A stretch of 60,007 nt of DNA, the filler included, from Stramenopiles sp. TOSAG23-2 (Eukaryota), in the NCBI GenBank assembly GCA_900128395.1. It is 4 parts of 4 records of this genome, joined end to end, with 100 filler letters (N's around TTAATTAATTAA, not from the genome) between each part and the next. Parts side by side here need not be neighbours in the genome. Positions count along the whole stretch, not along the records: positions 15,054 to 29,990 come from LT649738.1; positions 30,091 to 44,999 come from LT649739.1; 2 more parts are not named here. The stretch is one strand, 5' to 3'. The notes under the pieces were generated by a model. It had not been told where the DNA came from. It saw only the letters and a list, made by a program, of their open reading frames with translations, and searched no databases. Position 1 is the stretch's first letter. Every line of letters starts with the position of its first letter. Below are positions 23,200-34,423 of the stretch, piece after piece. Made by a program: the position numbers and the translations under genes.

Positions 23200-24882
23200 A
23201 TGTCTTCAAAGGACGAAGAAATTGAAGGTTTAAGAAACCTTGTGAAAGAATTACAACGACAAGTTGTTGAAAAAGATGAAGAATTGGATGATTTAGAATC
23301 AAATTTAGAACAAGCATTAGATTCTATTAAAAATTTTCATTCGCAACAACAAGAATTGTTTGAAAGTTTTGTCAGTTTAAGAGATAAATATGATAATTTA
23401 AAAACGAAAAATATGGAAACTTTATGGTCTTGGATACCAAAAAATTTAAATAAATTTAGAAGTATGCCATTAATACGAAAAGATGCTATAGAGAATGAAG
23501 AGCAAATTGATCGATATGAATTAGGGCAAGCCATAGGACGTGGTCAATTTGCACTTGTGCGTACCGCTCGTTTTGTTGAAGGTGGTAAAAAGATGAGCAA
23601 TAATGATGATAATAATGGCAATAATGATGATCGTAATAGTAATAGTAAATCAAATAATGATAATAAACCGAAAGTAAGGGCAACCATGGCAGCTAAGATT
23701 ATATCTAAATCCAAAATTAATGATGTACATGATTTGGAACGTATCAAAAATGAATTAAGTGTTTTAAGGCAAATAACCCATCCAAATTTATTGCGTTTAG
23801 TTGATGTTGTCCATACTGTCGATAAATTTTACATCATAGCAAATCGTGGTGGAGATGATTTGTTTGAATATTTATCACGTCAACATGCACCTGTATCGGA
23901 TGAAAAAGCAAAAATAATCATGCAACAAGTTTTTAGTGCAGTATTGGAATTGCATAACAATGGTATTTGCCATCGCGATTTGAAACCTGAAAATATATTA
24001 TTAGATGTTGAAGATAAGATCATCGTCTGTGATTATGGTTTATGTAAAAGAACGACAAGTCAAGATGGGTTGACTGATTTTTGTGGCAGCCCTGGTTTTT
24101 TTGCTCCGGAGATGATTACCGCAAAAACGTACAATGGTTTTAAAGCTGATGTATGGAGTCTTGGCTGTATATTGTTAGAATTAGTCGTTGGTCATGAAAA
24201 TTTTGCCCAATTATGGATGTCCGTTTACGATGTAAATGTGTTAAGTGATGCGGATGTTTTTGTTGAAAAAGTCGTAGATAGTCGAAATAGGTTGTTTGAA
24301 ATCTTAGAAACAACTGAAGATTGTGAACATATATCCACTGGTTGTAAAGATTTGCTTAAACAGTTATTAAATTTTGACCCAATGAAACGTCCTGAAGTAA
24401 TGAATGCGTATACATGTAAATGGGTTGGTGGTAAATTTTTATCACCATCAAAACGTTTTTCAACGGATGATCAATTCGATGATAGTTTGACATCCATTTC
24501 TCCATTGTCAGCAACATCGTCCAATGGAAGTCCAAATGGACGTCGTAGATCACCTTTAAGTTTCGGTGCATCTACGACACCTACCTCACAGGATATGAAT
24601 CAGTTATCGTTAAACAATAATAATGGTTTGAGAGGTAGGAGACAAATATCGATTGAAGTCGATACGAAACCTGGTGATAAACAAAATGGCAATGCAAGTC
24701 CTGCAACTGTGAAAAATCGTGCAAATCAATTATTACATTTACCACCAATTGATGCGCCAGATACACCAAAGATTAGAAGTGCAAAGAAGATTCTTAATCG
24801 TGGGGATCAATTGATGGAAAATGCAAAAGGTTTTGAGAAGAAAAAAAGTGGAAACAATAATGATGGGAAGGGGATGAAGTGA
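23200..24882 (+). CDS. CAMK-group Ser/Thr protein kinase with N-terminal coiled coil
   Basis: IGRGQFALV, AAKII, HRDLKPEN, DYG, GSPGFFAPE, DVWSLG. Confidence 0.92.
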   Translation: MSSKDEEIEGLRNLVKELQRQVVEKDEELDDLESNLEQALDSIKNFHSQQQELFESFVSLRDKYDNLKTKNMETLWSWIPKNLNKFRSMPLIRKDAIENEEQIDRYELGQAIGRGQFALVRTARFVEGGKKMSNNDDNNGNNDDRNSNSKSNNDNKPKVRATMAAKIISKSKINDVHDLERIKNELSVLRQITHPNLLRLVDVVHTVDKFYIIANRGGDDLFEYLSRQHAPVSDEKAKIIMQQVFSAVLELHNNGICHRDLKPENILLDVEDKIIVCDYGLCKRTTSQDGLTDFCGSPGFFAPEMITAKTYNGFKADVWSLGCILLELVVGHENFAQLWMSVYDVNVLSDADVFVEKVVDSRNRLFEILETTEDCEHISTGCKDLLKQLLNFDPMKRPEVMNAYTCKWVGGKFLSPSKRFSTDDQFDDSLTSISPLSATSSNGSPNGRRRSPLSFGASTTPTSQDMNQLSLNNNNGLRGRRQISIEVDTKPGDKQNGNASPATVKNRANQLLHLPPIDAPDTPKIRSAKKILNRGDQLMENAKGFEKKKSGNNNDGKGMK

Positions 24883-25318
24883 TACGTATGGATTATTGAC
24901 GACTATTCTTATGAATAGTTGTTGTTGTTAGTGGTTCAATATTTTTGTCATACGAAACAAAATACGTACGAACGTATTAAAAAAGTCATTTATTATATTT
25001 TTAGAACGAGTTTCGTTTGGTCTATGTACGCGTTCGTACAAAAAGTTATATCATATATTGTTTCTTTTTTAGTACATATTATAAAAAAAAATTAAAATAT
25101 ATTACATGTTCTACAAATTTCTGAATCTTTTATATTAAATTTTATACATGTAAATATTTTTAAATGCATTTTATAAATAAATATTATATTGGATATTGGA
25201 TTTATTATAAAAAAATATATTTTTTACTCTTTCAGACTACTCCCTCCCTCCCTCTCTCTCTCTCTCTCTCGCTCTCTCTCTCTCTCAAATTATGCACATA
25301 CAAACCAAATCTCGTTTT

Positions 25319-26263
25319 TCACACCTTTATCAACATATTTATAATTGCGTATAATCCTAAGATAACTAAAATGACAGATATAACCATTTTTAACATGTCT
25401 TTTGGTACACGGTTTCCAAAATATGTACCTAAAGGCATTCCACATCCAAGTGTCAATGCAGTTGTTAAAGCAATACCAAGATCTACAGTTGAGCCAAATG
25501 CATTCACTGTAGTTGCAGCTAAAGAAATAAATATACCAGCTGATACGGCAATGGAAACAGCATCATTAGCAGGAATATTTTCATAAAACATAAAGAAACA
25601 TGGCAATATTGCAAAAGGGCCACTTGTACCAGTTAAAACAGAAAGGAATCCACCGATTATTCCTGTAATAAATAAATAAATGTGATCCTTTTTTTTTTCA
25701 TCAAATGAGTATGGTATGTATATATCCACATCATCATTAGATTCTTCTTTTGTTCCATCTTTCACAACTGTTCCTGTCTCAACAGTTATAGTATCTGCAT
25801 CAATGACTTCTTTTCCCCCATCTTTGCCACTTTTCTCTTCTTCTTCTTTTTTTTTTTGTGATAATAAGACAGGTATTATTTTATATAAAGTTTTTGCACC
25901 GCTAAAAAGTGCTACGACTGATACAATAATTGTAATAGCAATTAGAGGTACAAATGGTAAAATGCCAGCTGCACAACCAGCCCCAAGTGCAAGTCCGGCA
26001 CTTAATATCAAAAACGCCTTTTTATTGATTCTATTACCACGTATAGCAAAAATGGTATGGACCAAAGCAACTGGGAAGTAACTTGCAATGACTGCTACAA
26101 TTGATATGCGCGCATGAATTCCAATAATTATTAATGTTGGTACTAAAAAAACGCCTCCAACACCAATAGCACCAATTGCAATTCCAGACAAAAATGATAT
26201 GACTAAATATACAATATACAATCCAAATTCTGCAGGGATATGTTCTAAAAATACAATTGCCAT
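25319..26263 (-). CDS. TauE/SafE (TSUP) family membrane transporter
   Basis: Two-repeat hydrophobic architecture with GIAIGAIGVGGVFLVP and GIIGGFLSVLTGTSGPFAILP. Confidence 0.78.
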   Translation of the reverse strand: MAIVFLEHIPAEFGLYIVYLVISFLSGIAIGAIGVGGVFLVPTLIIIGIHARISIVAVIASYFPVALVHTIFAIRGNRINKKAFLILSAGLALGAGCAAGILPFVPLIAITIIVSVVALFSGAKTLYKIIPVLLSQKKKEEEEKSGKDGGKEVIDADTITVETGTVVKDGTKEESNDDVDIYIPYSFDEKKKDHIYLFITGIIGGFLSVLTGTSGPFAILPCFFMFYENIPANDAVSIAVSAGIFISLAATTVNAFGSTVDLGIALTTALTLGCGMPLGTYFGNRVPKDMLKMVISVILVILGLYAIINMLIKV

Positions 26264-26505
26264 GTTGATGTTATGTTCTCGTTTGTAGGTACAAAATATT
26301 ATATATATGTTTTTGATATTTTTATTTTTTACTTTTTGTTTATGATTTTTATTTATATTTTTTTTATTTATTGTATAATGATCGATCTTGAATGATATAA
26401 GAGAGAGTGTCGATTAGGTTATTAAATATTTAATTTCCTTTTTATAATTCAAAAAAAACAATAATTCTTTTACACGCAATGTACATTACACACACACAAA
26501 TTTCA

Positions 26506-29295
26506 TCAACGAAAACATGATGAGATATATTGATGATATGAATTCAACCTATCCATACTAGTCAAAAGATGGATACTGCTACCCATGCTAAAGACAACCA
26601 TTGTCATTGGTTTACATAAATTTGCATCTATATGATATTCTTTTGCGATGATGGAGGATGATGCTTGTTGCATGTTGGTTTGAACTTTCTTTTTTTTTCG
26701 TCGTTTTCTACGTTTTCCACCACCACCGCTACCGCCATTATTGAAATTATTACTCATTTCACCATTTTGTGGCATTGATATATTGTTATTGTTACCATTA
26801 CTATTACTGCTATTACGACTATCCTCATCGTTCTTAAACACAACAGGTTCCATGTAAAATAACATGGAGGAACCTGGAGTAATATTTACCAAATACTCTA
26901 AACACAATTCACTTACATAATCTTCTAAATCATCCATTGGTATTCCAGTATCTTGATTGTGGATAAATAATTCGATGAGAGACAGAAAATCACCAGGGCT
27001 AATTTCTCCTTTTCTTGTATTTACCATTTTTAGAAATAATGATGCGCCATCTGGGTGAAAACAATATTCGCATGAGCGATAAAAACGCTTTTTATCTTTC
27101 TTTGATATTTTCATACCATCATCGTCAATGTTGCTTTTTGACATTAATTGAAAGTCTACAGGACTTTGTCTTGTTAAGACAGGTGCGCCAGCACATATAA
27201 TTTGCAACTGTTTTGCCTTCAAATCATTCAACGTATCCTTCGTCATTTTATTTACATAATGAAACGGTTTGTCTTCAATGCCATCAACTATATTTTCATC
27301 TCCCATATCTGTATGATCAGTTTTACTGCCACTGTTGCTGCTAATGCCGTCCATACTATTTCTCCGACGGTGTGATATATCTTTTTTTGTAAGGAAAAAA
27401 CAATTACTCATTGTAGTATCATCTATGCCAAACTTTTCATTAATAATTTTTAATTCGATTTTTGAAATGTCATTTAAAATATCGCCTACAATTGCTTCGC
27501 TTGATGAATGGGCTTGAAATCCCATTCTTTTTTTCAATATTTTCAAACTTGCTTTTTGATCAATTTCTTCAAACGATTTTGAACCTGATTGGTTGTCCTT
27601 GACGGTAGTGCCATTCAAATTAAAAGCTTTTGTTTTGCGTATAACTGCGATATAGAAACCACCCGTATTCGAAATATGTGGTAAACAACGACATGTCTTT
27701 TCCAACATGGACTCTATTTGATTTACCTTCTTTTCGCTTATTCCATCGCGTTCCTTTGGTGATAGAAATGTTCTATTTGTAATGCCTTCCACAGTACCAT
27801 TGCTACTATTGTTAATATTATTTTTGTTGCTATTGCTGCTGCTGCTGCTGCTGCTACTACTACTACTGCCAACCGTATTATTATTATTATTATAACTTTC
27901 ATCGGCAGCATTATAAATCCACGTCTTAATTCCTGGGCTGACATGTAATCTATCTTTTAAATATTCTTTTGCATCTAGAAATTCAACTTGGAAACCAGAT
28001 TGCTCAATCAACGTAGTAACAACCGCTTCGTTTTCAATTGGATTTAAAGAACAAGTGCTATAAAGCATAACTCCACCGACTTTCAGTAAAGATAATGCAT
28101 GTAATGCAATTTGAACTTGTATACGATGCATTGCAAATGCATTTGAAGAATGCCATTTAGACCATAGCGCAGGTGCTTTTCTAAATGTCCCATCACCAGT
28201 GCATGGAACATCTGTATAAATATAATCAAAATAATTAGTTCCAAGTTTTGCACTCAAATCTTCACCTCTTTCACACGTGACAATCAAATTTTCAAATGGC
28301 ATTCGTTCCATTTGTTTTTCCATTGTTCGCACTCGTACAGGGTCTGGATCGTTCGCTACTAAACAACTTTTTCCTTTGAATTTTTTCCCTAATACACTTA
28401 ACATTTGTTTCGTTTTCGATCCCGGGCAACAGCACATATCTAAAACTTTGAATGTTTTATCTGGCAATGAACGTATATCAGTTTCAAGTACTTGCTCTAA
28501 AATACATACAGGAAGCATAGATGCTTCTTCTTGTCTAGAAAAATGTCCTAATTTCACTTCACGAGTAATTAATGCATGTAGATCACTTAATGATTCCGAA
28601 CGAATTAAACCAGCACGATCAACATTTATTTTGAAAGAATTTTCAATTAAACTCAATGGTTCGATTACTTTATTAATAACTTTTCCACCAACTTCAATAA
28701 ATTTACCTTTGTATTTATATGTATCAGATTTTAATAATTGATTTGCTACATATCCTATCGGGCATGAACTATCTATGCGAAATGTGACATGAAGTGGCGA
28801 GGAAAGTGCATGAATAAACGCTTTAAATTCTTTTTTCGTTTTTGTCAATTCTTCTTGTCTTTTATAAAATGCATGCCAATCTTTATTAATTGTAATATTT
28901 TTATCATCTTGATTATTATCATTATAGAAACTATTATTATTATTATTATTATTATTCTGATGATTATTATTGTCATCAGCATCATCTTCATTGTCAGAAT
29001 TGTAGAAACCTTGCACACGCCTATCATAGACATTTAATAATCGTTCCTTTTTACGTTTTTCTTCTTTTCTTTTTTTTGTCTCTGTTTTCTCATGATGTTG
29101 ATTACTATTCTTACGTTTCTTTTTCTTTCTTTGTTTTTTATTCATTCGTTGCTCCACTTCATATTGTTTAATTTGTCGTTGGGACCACTTATCTTTTCCA
29201 ATTGGTTGAGATAAAAAATCAGCATCTTCATTGTTGTTGTTATTATCACCAGGAGTCTTTTCAAAATAATTGTAATTATTAATAAACCTTGCCAT
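26506..29295 (-). CDS. NSUN2: NSUN2/NCL1-like RNA m5C methyltransferase
   Basis: RQEEASMLP, VLDMCCCPGSKT, DVPCTGDGTFRK, YSTCSLNPIENEAVV, TGGFYIAV. Confidence 0.85.
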   Translation of the reverse strand: MARFINNYNYFEKTPGDNNNNNEDADFLSQPIGKDKWSQRQIKQYEVEQRMNKKQRKKKKRKNSNQHHEKTETKKRKEEKRKKERLLNVYDRRVQGFYNSDNEDDADDNNNHQNNNNNNNNSFYNDNNQDDKNITINKDWHAFYKRQEELTKTKKEFKAFIHALSSPLHVTFRIDSSCPIGYVANQLLKSDTYKYKGKFIEVGGKVINKVIEPLSLIENSFKINVDRAGLIRSESLSDLHALITREVKLGHFSRQEEASMLPVCILEQVLETDIRSLPDKTFKVLDMCCCPGSKTKQMLSVLGKKFKGKSCLVANDPDPVRVRTMEKQMERMPFENLIVTCERGEDLSAKLGTNYFDYIYTDVPCTGDGTFRKAPALWSKWHSSNAFAMHRIQVQIALHALSLLKVGGVMLYSTCSLNPIENEAVVTTLIEQSGFQVEFLDAKEYLKDRLHVSPGIKTWIYNAADESYNNNNNTVGSSSSSSSSSSSNSNKNNINNSSNGTVEGITNRTFLSPKERDGISEKKVNQIESMLEKTCRCLPHISNTGGFYIAVIRKTKAFNLNGTTVKDNQSGSKSFEEIDQKASLKILKKRMGFQAHSSSEAIVGDILNDISKIELKIINEKFGIDDTTMSNCFFLTKKDISHRRRNSMDGISSNSGSKTDHTDMGDENIVDGIEDKPFHYVNKMTKDTLNDLKAKQLQIICAGAPVLTRQSPVDFQLMSKSNIDDDGMKISKKDKKRFYRSCEYCFHPDGASLFLKMVNTRKGEISPGDFLSLIELFIHNQDTGIPMDDLEDYVSELCLEYLVNITPGSSMLFYMEPVVFKNDEDSRNSSNSNGNNNNISMPQNGEMSNNFNNGGSGGGGKRRKRRKKKKVQTNMQQASSSIIAKEYHIDANLCKPMTMVVFSMGSSIHLLTSMDRLNSYHQYISSCFR

Positions 29296-29888
29296 GATGG
29301 TTGTTGTATGTGTTTATTTCAGTAATTATCAATTAATTAATATTAAAAAATGTTAAAAAAAAAAAACTAACAAAAACTAACAATTACTACGTACAATGAA
29401 AGTTTTTTATAAAGTAACTAAAAAAAAATATATATATATATAATACCACAAAAAAAAATAGACGCAGACGCACAACGTATGCTCTGTATTCCCGTATGCT
29501 TTTAATATAAAATATATCTCCTCCACTTTTCCTGTATCCTTCAACGTTATACATATATATACATACAACAACAACATCTCTCGAATACGTGATTTTATTT
29601 TGTATTATTTTGTTTTTTGTTTGTTTTTTGTTGTTTGCGAATTGCAAATCCGATGATGATTATTATTGTGGTGGCATTAGCATTCCAAAGTACCTTATTT
29701 TCTAGTACTAGAATAAAATTCCAACATCTCATTTTCTCAAAAGTATACGAAATGATAACATGCACATGTGTATTACTGTCCTGTACAGTAGGACTCACAC
29801 ACAGTGTTGAGCTTTTTTTAAAATACCTTTCACTTTTTACTGTGCCGGCCAGTCGTAAATTTTCGGTACAACTTTTTTATTATACTTA

Positions 29889-29990
29889 AACACTATATTT
29901 AACTATCAAACACACAAATTAATCCAAAACTCAACCACTCGCGAAAACATGTACCGATTAATTTGTGTATTTGATAGGTAATATAGTGTT
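29889..29990. repeat. Inverted repeat / foldback at scaffold end
   Basis: aacactatatttaactatcaaacacacaaattaatc (29889-29924) vs reverse complement of 29956-29990 aacactatattacctatcaaatacacaaattaatc. Confidence 0.85.
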
Positions 29991-30090
29991 NNNNNNNNNN
30001 NNNNNNNNNNNNNNNNNNNNNNNNNNNNNNNNNNTTAATTAATTAANNNNNNNNNNNNNNNNNNNNNNNNNNNNNNNNNNNNNNNNNNNN
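29991..30090. other. Artificial scaffold linker
   Basis: N44-TTAATTAATTAA-N44. Confidence 0.97.
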
Positions 30091-30383
30091 GTATAAATTT
30101 TATCCTATGTGTAAAATCGGATCCTTTGATCTTTTCGGCTGTCATATGAAAAAGAGAGAATAAACATTTTAATAAAATTTGCTATACGACATAACGCTAA
30201 TCATACCTAAAACATATTTTGCCTGCCTTTTAGCCTTGCGTTAATTTAATACTTCGTATACGTATTTTATTTTTTCGTAAAAAATGATATCATCTTTTAT
30301 AATTTACATCGCGCACATAATTAATTTTTTAATTTTATTCATCTTGATATATAATAATACAGATATATAATTTCGTACGTAAT

Positions 30384-30592
30384 TAATATTACAAACGAAA
30401 TGGATTGTCATTCCCAGATGGTTGGTTTTTATTTAATGGAAAGATACCTAAGATATCTTTTAACAAAATATTCCACACGACTTCAATAATATTACAAACG
30501 AAATGGATTGTCATTCCCAGATGGTTGGTTTTTATTTAATGGAAAGATACCTAAGATATCTTTTAACAAAATATTCCACACGACTTCAATAA
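30384..30592. repeat. 103-bp perfect tandem duplication covering the 3' end of the RMD1-like CDS
   Basis: taatattacaaacgaaatgg...cacgacttcaa starts at 30384 and again at 30487. Confidence 0.9.
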
Positions 30593-31895
30593 CTACTTCA
30601 ATGACGATTAATACCATGATAATAAATTCCAATCGATTTGCATGTGTTTGATCTTGTTGTGTAGATAATAATTCCAATAATTCACGAATTATATCCATCC
30701 TTTGATTCATCACTTCAATCCTTTTATCCATATCTAAATATTTTCGTACTTTTTTATACGTTGGTTCAAATTCATCTTCTTCCCAAAAAACATCAGGTGT
30801 ATCCAACATGTCTGAATATAAATTTATTCGATTCTTCACAATAAATAATTCACCAATTTTTTTCGCAATATCTGTTTGCGATAAATGAATTTTACCAGTT
30901 TGACTTAATATTTCTGGATATTTTTTATATAATTCAATTTTTTCATCAATTGTTTCTTCATGTAAAGATAATTTAACTGATTGTGCAAATGCTAAACTGA
31001 TCGCCATTTTTTCACCAAGTTCATATGTCATTAATATAATTTCATCACTTTCAACTTTTGTTTTTTTTGGTAAACTACGTGGTATTGTCGTTGCATCAAT
31101 ATTATTAGCATATGAATATGTCATATCATCTTCCTCTTGTTGCTTTTCCTCTAATGATTGATTTGAATCAGATTCCAATGCTGTTTCTACAACTATTTTT
31201 TCTTCTTTAGGTGTTAAATTCCATAAGACAATACAACCAAATGGAAAGATGAATATATGTTTTTCTTTTTCTTGTCGAAAAATTTGTTCGTTTTCTTCTT
31301 CTCCTTCTTCCTCCTCCTCTAATGCACCTTGTGCGCGATTAGTAGGTGATTCCAATGTATTTTTACTTTTATTATTATTATCATTTATTGAAGTATTATT
31401 ACTATTATTATTATTATTATTATTACTTTTTGTTGTAGAATTCATTTTCATACCTGATGTTGTTTTACTTATATGAATCTTTTCAAACGATTCTGTATAC
31501 AAATGTACAAAATCTCCTTCATAAATTAGTTTTCTCCAGTGACGATAACGACCATGTTTCAATTTTAATGTATTTGCTAATTTATCACCATCAATATTTC
31601 TCGAGATACAAACGCCATATAAACGTCTTGATTTATTTATCATACGGTTGCCAACTTGTATTGATTGATGTTGAAAACGAGCATGTCTTTTATGACGTCG
31701 TTGATATATTCTTGTTCGCTGATTCTTTACATCTAACAATGCAGAGTCAGATATATTACCTCTTCCTTCCTCTTCAGATTCTGCAGTAAAATCATCTTCC
31801 TCAGTTAAAAATTCATCATCTCCGACTCTATTATTATAGTTACTCATTAAAGGAGCAACGAAGTCTTGCATTGGATGATTATTATTTTGAGACAT
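30492..31895 (-). CDS. RMD1: DUF155 / RMD1-RMND1 family protein
   Basis: IFIFPFGCIVLWN, AISLAFAQSVKL, PDVFWE, YLDMDKRIEVMNQR, RLEFIIMVLIVIEV. Confidence 0.85.
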   Translation of the reverse strand: MSQNNNHPMQDFVAPLMSNYNNRVGDDEFLTEEDDFTAESEEEGRGNISDSALLDVKNQRTRIYQRRHKRHARFQHQSIQVGNRMINKSRRLYGVCISRNIDGDKLANTLKLKHGRYRHWRKLIYEGDFVHLYTESFEKIHISKTTSGMKMNSTTKSNNNNNNNSNNTSINDNNNKSKNTLESPTNRAQGALEEEEEGEEENEQIFRQEKEKHIFIFPFGCIVLWNLTPKEEKIVVETALESDSNQSLEEKQQEEDDMTYSYANNIDATTIPRSLPKKTKVESDEIILMTYELGEKMAISLAFAQSVKLSLHEETIDEKIELYKKYPEILSQTGKIHLSQTDIAKKIGELFIVKNRINLYSDMLDTPDVFWEEDEFEPTYKKVRKYLDMDKRIEVMNQRMDIIRELLELLSTQQDQTHANRLEFIIMVLIVIEVVIEVVWNILLKDILGIFPLNKNQPSGNDNPFRL

Positions 31896-32251
31896 TTATT
31901 TTATTTTATTTAAAAACAAACAAACAATATATATGTATATATATATATTGACTACTATTATTATATATCATGTAATATCGTTTCACTGAATCACAAAATT
32001 ATTATGGTTTAATATTATTTTAAAAAAAATAATATATGTTCACAAAAAAAAAATAAATCAATCTATCTCTTCTATGTGTTAGTCGTACAACAATGTAAAA
32101 TGTGTTATGTAAATGTGTTATTATTATTATTATTTATTATTTTTTTATCAACAACAATTATTATTCAATTTTCAAAAATGTAAAAATGAATAATACATAA
32201 TAATGGTTGTTGTGTTATAATGTAGAAATAATAATTTTCAACGATATATTA

Positions 32252-33898
32252 ATGAACAAAATGGAAACTAATATAACACCTACTACTACCACCACCAATG
32301 CGCTCCAAATGGAAAAAATGGAAGTGGATGCTTCAATAAATGATAATAACAACAATAATAATAATAATAATAATAATGCTTTTTCAACATCATCATTATT
32401 TATTTCATTTGTAAAAAGAAGACCAAAAAGTACAATATGTTATGCATTGATTGTATTGTTTGTTATAATATTAATTGCTACAGGCAATCCGGTGTATGCA
32501 ACGATGTTTTTGTTTATGTATTTTTGCTTATTGTATGCATGGGAAAATATTTTTCGTCTTGCTTGGCTTGAGACGGATGAGGAAAGAAAGACACCTATTC
32601 CATTAATATGTTGCAAAGGGAAAATAATTATAAAACGAGAAGTAGTATGTTATACTATATGGAGTGTTTATCTCTTTATTGCTTTTTCTTCAGCTACAGT
32701 TGGATCCAGATTAAGTGGCTCAGAACCAAATGCATATGTAACATTTTCGTATAGTATATTAGGTTCAATGGGTGTATTGTTTTTAAGTGTAACACTTGTT
32801 GATATATTTGATGCATTGCGGCGTATAAGTACACGTTGTAGAAATGTTATTACGAAGAAGACGGAGAATATAATAATACCAAATGAGAAAAAAATTAATC
32901 AATTGAAATCGTGTTTGTCGATTGGAATATGGATTATTTTATCAATATGTGCACTTGCTAATGGATATGACAAAGGATGGACAATAAAAGTTGAAGTTTA
33001 TTTGAAGAAATTACCATCTTGTTTGGATGGATTTAAAATTGGATTGTTAAGTGATATGCATGCTGGTGTCTTGATTGGTAAAAATGAAATAGCTCAACAT
33101 GTTGCAATGATGAATGAAGAAAATTTAGATATTGTAATATTATCCGGGGATATGGCAGATGGATCTCCAACCATCGTTAGTGGTGCATTGGAACCAATAA
33201 TTAATGATTTAAAAACAAAATTTGGAATATATTATTCAACCGGTAATCATGAATATTTGCATGGAACAGGGACAGCGGAAGAGCAAGGGGCAAAATGGGA
33301 ACAATGGTGGGAAAAGAATGGCGTTGTAGTATTACATAATAATGTCACACGTGTACCATCAAGGATTCCTTATAATTCAAACTGTAATGAAACATTTGAT
33401 TTAGTTGGTGTTCCAGATCGTGGACATGGACCAAAATTAAAAGATACTTTAAAAAAAACCTCCTTTGATCCATCTCGTGCTAAAATATTAATAGCACATC
33501 AACCATTGGAAATTATTGAAGCAGCTAAAGAAAAAGTGGATTTACAGTTGTCAGGCCATACACATGCTGGACATATATTTCCTTTGCAAATTCTCATATC
33601 CTTATCAAACCGTGGGTATATACATGGTTTGGATACATTAGATGAAACGCAATTATATACTTCAGCGGGTACAACAGGATGGGGGCCAAGAACAAGATTA
33701 TGGAGTTTCAATGAACGAACTGTTTTAACACTTCGAAGTGGGGCAAAAGATAATTCATCTGGTGATACATATCGTACATCATTATCAATCGGAATTGGAC
33801 TATCCGCATTTGTTTTTATCGCTTTTTGTGCTTCTTGTATCAATCGTTTATGTTTACCACCGATAACACATTTGAAGAACCATTATTATACCAAGTAG
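32252..33898 (+). CDS. Transmembrane metallophosphoesterase (YkuE/TMPPE-like)
   Basis: N-terminal TM helices then SDMHAG, GDMAD, GNHE, AHQP, SGHTHAG; start uncertain (32252 or 32261). Confidence 0.88.
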   Translation: MNKMETNITPTTTTTNALQMEKMEVDASINDNNNNNNNNNNNAFSTSSLFISFVKRRPKSTICYALIVLFVIILIATGNPVYATMFLFMYFCLLYAWENIFRLAWLETDEERKTPIPLICCKGKIIIKREVVCYTIWSVYLFIAFSSATVGSRLSGSEPNAYVTFSYSILGSMGVLFLSVTLVDIFDALRRISTRCRNVITKKTENIIIPNEKKINQLKSCLSIGIWIILSICALANGYDKGWTIKVEVYLKKLPSCLDGFKIGLLSDMHAGVLIGKNEIAQHVAMMNEENLDIVILSGDMADGSPTIVSGALEPIINDLKTKFGIYYSTGNHEYLHGTGTAEEQGAKWEQWWEKNGVVVLHNNVTRVPSRIPYNSNCNETFDLVGVPDRGHGPKLKDTLKKTSFDPSRAKILIAHQPLEIIEAAKEKVDLQLSGHTHAGHIFPLQILISLSNRGYIHGLDTLDETQLYTSAGTTGWGPRTRLWSFNERTVLTLRSGAKDNSSGDTYRTSLSIGIGLSAFVFIAFCASCINRLCLPPITHLKNHYYTK

Positions 33899-34423
33899 TA
33901 TGATGAAGTATTAATAGTTGTTTGTATTTATTATTAGGGAAAAATGATATTTACGGAAGCAACTACATTGGAGGTAATAATGGAATATGCAAAACAAAAA
34001 AACAAGCGGAAAATGTTTTAATTAAACCACAAAAAGAATAATTTGATTTAGATGGTAGTTGTAGGTATTTTTGCAAGAACGTGTGTGTGTATATGTAAAT
34101 CAAATATATCCGTGTGGTCATCACCCTATTTATACCTGTGTGTTGGTTGGGTTCTTCCGCAATCATCAGGTTGGATTTGAGTCTAATGCTAATTAAAATT
34201 TTAAATATGATATAGAATTAAACTAAAAATATAATACTTCGTATATATATATATCATATCTTCTTGTTATTAATTACACACATTATGTATAAAATCTGCT
34301 GTATTATACATGTAATTAACAACATATATCAACCATAATAAAATCCACGTAAACTATATAATTAACAACAACATACGGGTATATATTATATCAACCCATT
34401 AATAATATATTATATAATATATA

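Noticed and set aside
24025-24045. Kinase DYG instead of DFG as a sign of a pseudokinase
   Set aside because: DYG occurs in active kinases; the Lys, HRD and APE motifs are intact.
25319-26263. Recent horizontal transfer of TauE (or cdsA) from bacteria
   Set aside because: Both families occur broadly in eukaryotes; composition matches the host and the lack of introns is shared by all neighbours.
28415-28445. NSUN2 motif I DMCCCPGSKT instead of DMCAAPGSKT
   Set aside because: Small-residue substitutions; both catalytic Cys motifs (PC, TC) are intact.
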